This document shows positions 50,161 to 59,977 of a stretch of 64,000 nt of DNA, piece after piece (within the stretch, counting starts at the first letter, position 1; each line of letters starts with the position of its first letter). The notes beneath the pieces were generated by a model. It had not been told where the DNA came from. It worked only from the letters and a program-made list of their open reading frames with translations, and did not search any database. The translations under genes were made by a program, and so were the position numbers. This stretch comes from Limosilactobacillus sp. (GTDB lineage Bacteria; Bacillota; Bacilli; Lactobacillales; Lactobacillaceae). The stretch covers positions 2,034,176-2,098,175 of the forward strand of contig NZ_JAKVPE010000001.1 in the NCBI RefSeq assembly GCF_022482365.1. Direction: 5' to 3'.

Positions 50161-50249
50161 TCTGATTGCTTAAATAAGCTTTTTCAAAAGGTGGGAGGAG
50201 GAGACTCCAACCACCTTTTTTCTTAACAGAGAAGGAGGAAACATAATTC

Positions 50250-51461
50250 ATGGCTAAGTTAACTGTTGAAGACCTGCCTTTAGAGGGCAAGAAGGTATTA
50301 ATGCGGGTGGACTTCAATGTCCCGATTAGTGACGACGGTACAAAGGTTGAAGACGACAACCGGATCGTTGCTGCTCTGCCAACTATCAAGTACGTAATTG
50401 AGCACAACGGTAAGGCAATCCTGTTCTCCCACCTTGGCCGGATCAAGAAGGAAGAAGACAAGCCTGCTAAGTCATTGAAGGCCGTTGCAGAACGCCTGTC
50501 CAACCTGCTGAACAAGCCAGTTACCTTTGTTCCAGTAACGGAAGGCAAGCAGCTGGAAGATGCCATCAACGCAATGAACGATGGTGACGTTCTGCTGGTT
50601 CAAAACACCCGTTACGAAGACGTTAAGGATGGCGAATACGTCAAGCGTGAATCCGGCAACGACCCTGAACTGGGCAAGTACTGGGCTTCCCTTGGTGATG
50701 TCTTTATCAACGACGCCTTCGGTACTGCTCACCGGAAGCACGCTTCCAACGTCGGCATCGCTACTAACATGCCAGGCAAGGCTGCCGCTGGTTACCTGAT
50801 GCAAAAGGAAATTAAGTTCTTGGGTAACGCCGTTGACAACCCAGAACGTCCATTCGTTGCCATTCTGGGTGGTGCTAAGGTTTCCGACAAGATCGGTGTG
50901 ATTGATCACCTGCTGGAAAAGGCTGACAAGATCATCATCGGTGGTGGGATGGCCTACACCTTCTACGCTGCCAAGGGCATCAAGACTGGTGACTCCCTGG
51001 TTGAAAAGGACAAGATCGATGTTGCCAAGCAAATCCTTGACAAGGCCGGTGACAAGCTGGTTCTGCCAATCGACAACGTGGTCGCTGACAAGTTCGACAA
51101 CGACGCCAACACCAAGGTTGTGGAAGGCGACATTGACGATGGCTGGATGGCATTAGACATCGGTCCAAAGTCCATTGCTGAATTCGAAAACGTTCTGAAG
51201 GACGCCAAGACGGTTGTTTGGAACGGCCCAATGGGTGTCTTTGAAAAGCCAAACTTTGCCAAGGGAACCCTTGAAATTGGTAAGTTCCTTGGTACCCTGA
51301 AGGATGCAACCACGATCGTCGGTGGTGGTGACTCCACGGCCGCTGTTAAGCAATTAGGCGTTGCTGACAAGCTGACCCACATCTCCACTGGTGGTGGTGC
51401 TTCACTGACCTACCTTGAAGGGAAGACTTTGCCAGGAATTGCTGCAATTTCTGATAAGTAA
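50250..51461 (+). CDS. pgk: Phosphoglycerate kinase
   Basis: 403 aa with RVDFNVP, SHLGR and GGGDS/GGGAS motifs. Confidence 0.97.
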   Translation: MAKLTVEDLPLEGKKVLMRVDFNVPISDDGTKVEDDNRIVAALPTIKYVIEHNGKAILFSHLGRIKKEEDKPAKSLKAVAERLSNLLNKPVTFVPVTEGKQLEDAINAMNDGDVLLVQNTRYEDVKDGEYVKRESGNDPELGKYWASLGDVFINDAFGTAHRKHASNVGIATNMPGKAAAGYLMQKEIKFLGNAVDNPERPFVAILGGAKVSDKIGVIDHLLEKADKIIIGGGMAYTFYAAKGIKTGDSLVEKDKIDVAKQILDKAGDKLVLPIDNVVADKFDNDANTKVVEGDIDDGWMALDIGPKSIAEFENVLKDAKTVVWNGPMGVFEKPNFAKGTLEIGKFLGTLKDATTIVGGGDSTAAVKQLGVADKLTHISTGGGASLTYLEGKTLPGIAAISDK

Positions 51462-51530
51462 TTTAAATCATTATTAAGCGGAACATGCCAAACGGTATCG
51501 TTCCGCTTTTTTACAAAGGAGGAGAGCGCG

Positions 51531-52283
51531 ATGCGGGTTCCGATGATTGCCGGAAACTGGAAAATGAACAAGACGGTCGATGAGGCGGTCAGCTTTGTCA
51601 ACCAGATTAAAGACCAATTGCTGCCAGCCAATCAACAGGAGACGGCGCTGGCGGCACCGACCCTGTCTCTGGTGCCAATGGTGCAGGCGGCCGCGGGTTC
51701 GCCCCTGAAGGTGATGGCGGAGAACTGTTACTACCAGGACGCGGGAGCCTTTACCGGGGAGACCAGCCCCCGGGCCCTGTATGCCGCCGGAATCCACCAC
51801 GTCATTCTCGGCCACTCGGAGCGCCGGACCTACTTTCATGAGACCGACGAACTGATCAATAAGAAGGTCAAGGCGGCGCTGGGCAACGGTCTGTGTCCAA
51901 TTGTCTGCTGTGACGACACGATGGGCCGGCGGGTGGCCAACGACCAGAAGATTCACTGGGTGGTCAACCGGATCTTGGAGGACGTCAAGGATCTCAGCCA
52001 GAACGAGGTGGCCAAGGTAACGATCGCCTACGAACCGAGCTGGGCAATCGGCACCGGCCAGAGTGCCGATCCGAGCCAGGCGGAGGAGGGCTGCTACCTG
52101 ATCCGCCAGACCATCGCCGACATGTATGGCGAGCAGATTGCAAACGAGGTCCGGATTCTTTATGGCGGCAGCGTTACGACCAAGAACGTCAACGCGTTGA
52201 TGGCCAAACCGGATATCGACGGGGCCCTGGTCGGAATCGCCAGTCTCGATCCGCAAACCTTTTTGCAAATCGTCAATCATTAG
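51531..52283 (+). CDS. tpiA: Triosephosphate isomerase
   Basis: 250 aa with AGNWKMN and AYEPSWAIGTG motifs. Confidence 0.97.
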   Translation: MRVPMIAGNWKMNKTVDEAVSFVNQIKDQLLPANQQETALAAPTLSLVPMVQAAAGSPLKVMAENCYYQDAGAFTGETSPRALYAAGIHHVILGHSERRTYFHETDELINKKVKAALGNGLCPIVCCDDTMGRRVANDQKIHWVVNRILEDVKDLSQNEVAKVTIAYEPSWAIGTGQSADPSQAEEGCYLIRQTIADMYGEQIANEVRILYGGSVTTKNVNALMAKPDIDGALVGIASLDPQTFLQIVNH

Positions 52284-52351
52284 TGGCGAAAAGCTTGTTT
52301 TTAGTTGTGCAAGATAATACAATATTAAAGTGGAATGTATCCAAATAATAA

Positions 52352-53695
<1,344 letters not shown>

Positions 53696-53714
53696 TTTAT
53701 TAGCGATTGACGAA

Positions 53715-53746
53715 AGAGCTGTGGCATTTTGCCGCGGCTCTTTTTT
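53715..53746 (+). terminator. Rho-independent terminator after eno
   Basis: Stem AGAGCTGTGGC/GCCGCGGCTCT (two G-U pairs) followed by T6. Confidence 0.75.
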
Positions 53747-53849
53747 GTTTCTCGAGTTTTGATAACGCTTGCGTCAAAGATGTTATAATACCAAAAGAGT
53801 GCATTTGCCCAGCAGCACCAGCAGGTACACGGAGTAAGGGGGAAATAAC

Positions 53850-55577
53850 ATGTCTCAAGACATTCAGGGAATTGCAGCCAGTGACGGCATCGGCATTGCG
53901 CCGGTCTATTTGCTGACGCCGCCCGACTTATCGTATCAGAAGCGGCGGATTGATGATCCCGTGCAGGAGTATCAGCGGGTCAAGCAGGCCTTCGCGGACT
54001 CCATCGAAGATCTTCAGCAGATCAAGGAGAACGCCAAGCAGCGGCTCAGCGACAAGGAGTTGGATGTCTTTGACGCCCACATCACGATTCTGTCGGACCC
54101 GGAAATGCTCGGGCAAATCCAAAACGAAATCAACGATCTGCGAGTCAACGCGGAGGAGGCCGTCTCTAAGGTGACGGGCAACTTTGCCAACATGCTGGCG
54201 GCGATGCGGGACAATAAGTATATGCAGGAACGGGCGACCGACGTGCGGGACATTGCCCAGCGGACCCTTAGCCACCTGCTAGGCAAGAAGCTGCCGAATC
54301 TCGCTGCCATTACCGAGCCGGTGATCGTGGTGGCCCACGAGCTGACCCCTTCGGATACCTCCCAGATGGATCCGCGGCTGATTAAGGGGATCGTCACCGA
54401 CACCGGCGGCCGGACTAGCCATGCTGCCATCATGTCGCGGACCCTGCGTATTCCGGCGGTGGTTGGCACCAACGTCATCACTGAGCAGGTCAAGAACGGC
54501 CAGCGGATGGTGGTCGACGGCTTGAGCGGTCACGTGATTGTCGATCCTTCGAATACCGAAATCAATGCGTACCGGCAAAAGGCGGCCGGTTACAGCGAAC
54601 AGAGTGCCGAGTGGGCGCAGCTGGTTGACGCTCCATCCGTTTCCAAGGATGGCAAGCGATTCCACATTACTGCCAACATCGGGACCCCGGATGATGTCAA
54701 CGACGTGATCAAGCAGGGGGCCGAGGGAATTGGCCTTTTCCGCTCCGAGTTTCTCTATATGGGTAGCGACCACCTGCCGACCGAGGACGAGCAGTTCGAG
54801 GCCTACCGGCGGGTGATCGTCAACATGCAGGGAAAGCGAGTCGTTGTTCGAACCCTGGACATCGGTGGCGACAAGCCCCTGCCGTTTTTGCCCCTGCCAC
54901 GGGAAATGAATCCCTTCCTTGGCTACCGGGCCATCCGGATTTGCCTGGACCATCCCGAAATTTTCAAGCCCCAGCTGCGGGCCCTGATTCGCGCCTCCCA
55001 GTACGGGCCGTTATCGATCATGTTTCCGATGATCGCCACGATCCAGGAGTTGCGCAAGGCCAAGCGGATCTTTAACGATTGCAAGCAGGAGCTGCAGATG
55101 AAGCAGCCCGGCATTGGGGACGACATCCGTCTCGGAATGATGATTGAAATTCCGCTGGCGGCGGTCAATGCTGAGAAAATGGCCCGGGAGGTCGATTTCT
55201 TCAGCATCGGCACCAACGATCTCATCCAGTACAGCTTCGCGGCCGACCGGGGCAGCGACGCCGTATCCTACCTCTACCAGCCGCTGAATCCAGCCTTCTT
55301 GAACCTGGTGCGTCACATTATCCTTGCCGGTCACAAGTACAACATTCCGGTGGCGATGTGCGGCGAGATGGCCGGCGACAAGTGGGCGCTGCCACTTTTG
55401 ATGGGGATGGACCTGGATAACTACTCGATGTCCTCATCCGGCGTGCTGCGGACCCGGAGCATGATGAAGCACCTCGATACGACGGAGTGCCGCCACGTGG
55501 TCAATGACGCCATCACCAATTGTTCCACCAGCCAGGAGGTCAAGTCCCTGGTGCGTAATAGTTTGAATATCAAGTAA
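53850..55577 (+). CDS. ptsI: Phosphoenolpyruvate-protein phosphotransferase (PTS Enzyme I)
   Basis: 575 aa with the active-site His block GGRTSHAAIMSR and a C-terminal PEP-utilising domain (GTNDLIQY, CGEMAGD). Confidence 0.96.
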   Translation: MSQDIQGIAASDGIGIAPVYLLTPPDLSYQKRRIDDPVQEYQRVKQAFADSIEDLQQIKENAKQRLSDKELDVFDAHITILSDPEMLGQIQNEINDLRVNAEEAVSKVTGNFANMLAAMRDNKYMQERATDVRDIAQRTLSHLLGKKLPNLAAITEPVIVVAHELTPSDTSQMDPRLIKGIVTDTGGRTSHAAIMSRTLRIPAVVGTNVITEQVKNGQRMVVDGLSGHVIVDPSNTEINAYRQKAAGYSEQSAEWAQLVDAPSVSKDGKRFHITANIGTPDDVNDVIKQGAEGIGLFRSEFLYMGSDHLPTEDEQFEAYRRVIVNMQGKRVVVRTLDIGGDKPLPFLPLPREMNPFLGYRAIRICLDHPEIFKPQLRALIRASQYGPLSIMFPMIATIQELRKAKRIFNDCKQELQMKQPGIGDDIRLGMMIEIPLAAVNAEKMAREVDFFSIGTNDLIQYSFAADRGSDAVSYLYQPLNPAFLNLVRHIILAGHKYNIPVAMCGEMAGDKWALPLLMGMDLDNYSMSSSGVLRTRSMMKHLDTTECRHVVNDAITNCSTSQEVKSLVRNSLNIK

Positions 55578-55587
55578 GTGAAGGAGA

Positions 55588-55747
55588 CTGGGAATTAACC
55601 CAGCCTCTTTGCTGTTATATAGCCATAAATGCTGCAACGCGGTAGCTGGCTGGATTCCGAACGTTGATAAATCAACGCCCGGAACGCCTAGCCAGCCTCG
55701 CGGGGGTGGGAAGACGAACTCGCAAGCGAGTTCTGTCCCACCGCCTT
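55588..55747 (+). repeat. Structured intergenic repeat element, copy B
   Basis: Same 160-nt element as 36455-36614, in the same orientation. It starts 11 nt after the ptsI stop and ends 86 nt before the permease start. Confidence 0.85.
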
Positions 55748-55833
55748 TTATCTCCTGATAAGAAAAAACATGGAATTTGTGTCAGAAATGTCCTATAATC
55801 TGGAAAGCAAATAGGGAAAGGAATCTGATAACA

Positions 55834-57219
55834 ATGAAAGATACTGCGCCAAAGCTCCGGCGGTCGATGACGGCGGGGCAGATGGAGATGATTTCTCTTG
55901 GTGGTGCGATCGGGGTTGGCCTCTTCATGGGGGCAACCTCGACAATCAAGTGGACTGGGCCGTCAGTCCTTTTGGCCTACGCCTTCGTCGGCCTGATCCT
56001 CTACATCGTAATGCGAGCCCTCGGGGAGATGATTTACATCAACCCGGGAACGGGGTCGTTCGCGGATTACGCGACCGAATACGTCCATCCGCTGGCCGGT
56101 TACCTGGCTAAGTGGGCCAACGTTTTCGAATACATTGTGGTCGGCATGTCCGAAGTGGTGGCGGCGACCGAGTATCTGAAGTACTGGTGGCCTCACATGC
56201 ACACCTGGGTGGCCGGAATCGTGATCATCGTCTTCTTGGTCCTCGCTAACCTGGCAAGTGCTAAGGCCTATGGCTCCCTGGAGTTCTGGTTTGCGATGAT
56301 CAAGGTCGTCACGATCATCTTCATGATCCTGCTGGGCTTCATGGTGATCTTCTTCGGCTTCGGCAACGGCGGGCGCCCAACCGGCTTTTCCAATCTCTGG
56401 GCTCACGGTGGTTTCTTCACCGGCGGGGTCTCCGGCTTCTTCTTCTCAATGTCGATCATTGTCGGCTCCTATGAGGGAATCGAGCTGCTCGGCATTTCCG
56501 CCGGGGAGGTGGCGGATCCGCAAAAGGCGATCGTCAAGTCGGTCAAGTCGGTGCTTTTCCGGATCCTGATCTTCTACGTCGGGGCGATCTTTGTCATCGT
56601 CACGATCTACCCGTGGAATAAGCTGAGCAGCGTTGGTTCGCCCTTCGTTTCGACCTTCGCCAAGGTGGGAATCACGGCGGCCGCCTCAATCATTAACTTC
56701 GTCGTGCTGACCGCGGCCCTGTCCGGCGCCAACTCCGGAATTTACAGTTCCAGCCGGATGCTCTTCAAGCTGGCCCACGAGGGGGATGCGCCGAAGATCT
56801 TCGGTCGACTCTCCAAGCGGGTGGTTCCTGACGCGGCGATCCTGGGTATCTCCGGCGGGATTCTGCTGGGCTTTATCATCGACATGGTGGCCTCAATTTA
56901 CAGCAAGTCGACGGCCGACATGTTCGTGGTCGTCTTCTCGTCCTCTGTTTTGCCGGGGATGATCCCGTGGTTCGTGATTCTGCTGGCGGAGATGCGGTTC
57001 CGGCGCAACAATCCGGACCTGATGACCGACCACCCGTTTAAGCTGCCGCTTTACCCGTTTTCAAACTACTTCGCCTTCCTGATGCTGATCGTGATTGTGA
57101 TCTTCATGTTCATCAACCCGGATACCCGGGTTTCGGTCATCGTCGGGGCGGCGGTACTGATCGTGGCCACCCTGGTTTACCTGGTGCGGCACCACGGTCA
57201 ATTGCAAACTAAATCCTAA
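55834..57219 (+). CDS. Amino acid permease (AAT family, LysP/AroP-like)
   Basis: The start was moved to MKDTAPKLRRSMTAGQMEMISLGGAIGVGLFMG, the typical AAT-family N-terminus. It has 12 TM segments. Confidence 0.85.
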   Translation: MKDTAPKLRRSMTAGQMEMISLGGAIGVGLFMGATSTIKWTGPSVLLAYAFVGLILYIVMRALGEMIYINPGTGSFADYATEYVHPLAGYLAKWANVFEYIVVGMSEVVAATEYLKYWWPHMHTWVAGIVIIVFLVLANLASAKAYGSLEFWFAMIKVVTIIFMILLGFMVIFFGFGNGGRPTGFSNLWAHGGFFTGGVSGFFFSMSIIVGSYEGIELLGISAGEVADPQKAIVKSVKSVLFRILIFYVGAIFVIVTIYPWNKLSSVGSPFVSTFAKVGITAAASIINFVVLTAALSGANSGIYSSSRMLFKLAHEGDAPKIFGRLSKRVVPDAAILGISGGILLGFIIDMVASIYSKSTADMFVVVFSSSVLPGMIPWFVILLAEMRFRRNNPDLMTDHPFKLPLYPFSNYFAFLMLIVIVIFMFINPDTRVSVIVGAAVLIVATLVYLVRHHGQLQTKS

Positions 57220-57308
57220 AACCTACCTGTCCGGTCCGCGAAAATTTTTCGCGCGCCGGACATTTTTGGTATAGAATGGTTTGGTCAAGTAATTTGAGGG
57301 AGAATGAT

Positions 57309-58841
57309 ATGCAGAAAATTCAGCACGACAGTCAAACTAAACAGCTTTTCCGCGCCATTCTGATTGGCCTCCTGGCGGGAATCGTGGTCAGCCTCTTTCG
57401 CCTCGCAATCCAGCACCTGCTGGAATTCGTTGGCCACAGCTTCCAGTACTTCCACACCCACCCAGTCTGGTTGATTCCCTGGGCGCTCGGCTCGGTCGTC
57501 CTGGCACTAGCCCTCGGGATCATGGCCCAGCGCAACCCCAACATCAAGGGCTCCGGGATTCCCCAGGTGGAGGGCCAGCTGACCAGCCAGTTCGATGAAA
57601 AATGGTGGCCGGTGCTCTGGCGTAAATTTGTCGGCGGAATCCTGGCAATCGGTTCCGGCCTCTATCTGGGACGGGAAGGACCGTCAATCCAGCTCGGTGC
57701 CACCGTCGGCCAGGGGGTGGCGGAAACAATGCACGCCAACCAATTGGATCGACAGGTTGGAATCGCCAGCGGTGCCGCGGCCGGGCTTTCAGCGGCCTTC
57801 AACGCGCCGATTGCCTCGACGATCTTCATCTTAGAGGAGGTCTACCATAACTTCTCGCCGGTGATTTGGCTGGCAACCTTCGTCTCGGCCCTCTGCTCCA
57901 ACTTGGTCTCGATGGTCTTCTTCGGCCTGCACCCGGTCCTCGACGTACCCTATAACCACATGCTGCCAACCAGGTACTACTGGCACCTGATCGTCCTCGG
58001 CCTCTTGCTCGGCCTGTTGGGGCGCTTCTACCAGGTCGTGATTTTGCGATTGGGCAAGTGGACCGCTAAGCTGAAGTGGCTGCCGCCGTTTGCCTACCCG
58101 GTCATCCCCTTCCTGCTGGTGATGCCGATCGCCTGGTATTGGCCGCAGACCCTTGGCGGGGGGAACCAGCTGATCGGGCTTTTGCACCAGCTGCCGATTT
58201 CCCTCTGGCTCTTTATCGGCCTCTTCGTGCTGCGCTTTGTCTTTTCAATGATTAGCTACGCCTCACAGCTGCCCGGCGGGATCTTCCTGCCCATTCTGAC
58301 CCTAGGGGCGGTCCTCGGGGCGGTTTACTGCGCCCTGATGGTTCAATTGGGCCTCCTGCCGGCCCGCTACCTGCCGAACTTTGTCATTTACGCGATGGCC
58401 GGTTACTTTGCCTGCATCAGCAAGGCGCCCTTTACCGCCATCCTGCTGATCACCGAAATGGTCGGCTCCCTGGCCCACCTGATGCCGCTGGCGACGGTTG
58501 CCGTGACTGCCTACTTAGTTGTGGATTCGCTGCACGGGGAACCGGTCTACACGGCGATGTTCAACGCCTTTATCGGCAAGCACCCGCAGCGCTGTGAGCA
58601 TAGTGCGACCGTGCCGGTGACGATTTACAAGGGGGCCGCACTGGATGGCCGCTTGATCAAGGACTTTGATTGGCCGGCCAACAGCATCGTGACCCTAATC
58701 TATCGCGGGGAGGATAAGCTGATTCCCAACGGGAAAACGAAGCTAATGGCCGGGGACACGATTCTGGTCCGGGCCAACTTCGCACCCGATAAGCGGGCCT
58801 ACCGTCAGATTATGAATGCGGCCCACCGAGCGGACGTATAG
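57309..58841 (+). CDS. ClC-family chloride channel/antiporter with a C-terminal TrkA-C (RCK_C) domain
   Basis: The start was moved to MQKIQHD after GAGGGAG. It has the selectivity motifs GSGIP, GREGP and GGIFLP, and a C-terminal soluble domain (VTIYKGAALDGRLIKDF...GDTILV). Confidence 0.88.
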   Translation: MQKIQHDSQTKQLFRAILIGLLAGIVVSLFRLAIQHLLEFVGHSFQYFHTHPVWLIPWALGSVVLALALGIMAQRNPNIKGSGIPQVEGQLTSQFDEKWWPVLWRKFVGGILAIGSGLYLGREGPSIQLGATVGQGVAETMHANQLDRQVGIASGAAAGLSAAFNAPIASTIFILEEVYHNFSPVIWLATFVSALCSNLVSMVFFGLHPVLDVPYNHMLPTRYYWHLIVLGLLLGLLGRFYQVVILRLGKWTAKLKWLPPFAYPVIPFLLVMPIAWYWPQTLGGGNQLIGLLHQLPISLWLFIGLFVLRFVFSMISYASQLPGGIFLPILTLGAVLGAVYCALMVQLGLLPARYLPNFVIYAMAGYFACISKAPFTAILLITEMVGSLAHLMPLATVAVTAYLVVDSLHGEPVYTAMFNAFIGKHPQRCEHSATVPVTIYKGAALDGRLIKDFDWPANSIVTLIYRGEDKLIPNGKTKLMAGDTILVRANFAPDKRAYRQIMNAAHRADV

Positions 58842-58906
58842 CAATCGCTGCTTGGTTATGTTATGATATTAAAGATATAGTGGGTAAGTATTAGGAGGAA
58901 GATTCC

Positions 58907-59146
58907 TTGTATAACACATTAATGACTTTATTTTTAATCGATTGCGTTGTGCTAATTGCCTGTGTCATGATGCAGCCAGCAAAGAACGATAACGATGCAA
59001 TGTCTGCCCTGACCGGTGGTGCCGGTGACCTGTTCTCCCGGCGCAAGGCTCGGGGCTTTGAAGCGGTCATGCAAATTGTGACGACAATCTGTGGGGCGCT
59101 CTTCTTCATCCTGGCGTTGGCATTAGTTTACGTATCATCACATTAG
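58907..59146 (+). CDS. secG: Preprotein translocase subunit SecG
   Basis: 79 aa from a TTG start, with two TM helices flanking a Gly-rich loop (LTGGAGDLFS). It keeps the conserved secG-est-rnr-smpB order. Confidence 0.85.
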   Translation: MYNTLMTLFLIDCVVLIACVMMQPAKNDNDAMSALTGGAGDLFSRRKARGFEAVMQIVTTICGALFFILALALVYVSSH

Positions 59147-59209
59147 ACTTTCAGTTGTGTGCCCCCTGACCAGTTCCAGGGGGCTTTTTTCGTGAAGGGA
59201 TGACTTAAG

Positions 59210-59977
59210 ATGGAAACCTATGCGGGAGACTCTTTTTATTTCCGGGGCGGCCGGCAAGCCGTAGTGCTGCTCCATGCCTACTCGGGCAATACCAACGACG
59301 TTCGGATGCTCGGTCGGGAATTGCAACGCCACGGCTACACGGTGCTGGGGCCGCTATTTAGCGGTCACGGTGGCGATCCGGTCCGGATTTTGCAAAAGGG
59401 CAGTCCGGATGACTGGTGGGCGGACACGCAGCTGGCCATCCGTCGGTTGCGCGACAACGGCTTTAGCCAAATCGCCGTTTTCGGCCTGTCCTTAGGCGGA
59501 TTGCTGGCAACCCGGGCGCTGGAAAACGATTCGCAGCTGGCCGGTGGGGGCGTCTTTGCCTCGCCGATTACAACCTGGGGCGAATCCAACGTGCCGGAAT
59601 ACTTTCCGCGCTTGGCCGACGACTACTACCGGCGGGTTAGAATGCCCGCAGATGAGGAGAAAGCCAAGCTGGCCTGGATTGACCAGCACCTGCCGGCCCA
59701 GTTAGCGCAGATTCAGCAAATGGCCCATGATCTGGCCATCAACTTGGAAAAAATCAAGCAGCCGTTTTTCATTGGTCAGGGTGGTCAAGACGAGATGATC
59801 GACTCCGCTTCTGGTGAGCAGCTGGCACAGCAGTTGCGTGCGCAGGGCACTCCAGTCGATTACCATTTCTACCCAACGGCCACGCATCTCTTAACGGTTA
59901 ACTCGGCCCACCGTCAGCTCTTTGCGGACGTTACTAATTATCTACAAAAATTATTCGAGGTATCAAATGAACAATAA
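59210..59977 (+). CDS. Carboxylesterase (alpha/beta hydrolase, YvaK/Est-like)
   Basis: 255 aa with the nucleophile elbow GLSLGG and the conserved position between secG and rnr. Confidence 0.85.
   Translation: METYAGDSFYFRGGRQAVVLLHAYSGNTNDVRMLGRELQRHGYTVLGPLFSGHGGDPVRILQKGSPDDWWADTQLAIRRLRDNGFSQIAVFGLSLGGLLATRALENDSQLAGGGVFASPITTWGESNVPEYFPRLADDYYRRVRMPADEEKAKLAWIDQHLPAQLAQIQQMAHDLAINLEKIKQPFFIGQGGQDEMIDSASGEQLAQQLRAQGTPVDYHFYPTATHLLTVNSAHRQLFADVTNYLQKLFEVSNEQ

Noticed and set aside
53755-53785. Catabolite-responsive element (cre) in TGATAACGCTTGCGTCA upstream of ptsI
   Set aside because: It does not align with WTGNAANCGNWNNCW without several mismatches, and it has poor dyad symmetry.
53707-53916. 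69-aa ORF upstream of and overlapping ptsI, as a candidate ptsH
   Set aside because: It lacks the HPr His15 and Ser46 motifs, is Cys-rich with an odd composition, overlaps the eno terminator and the ptsI start, and has no RBS.
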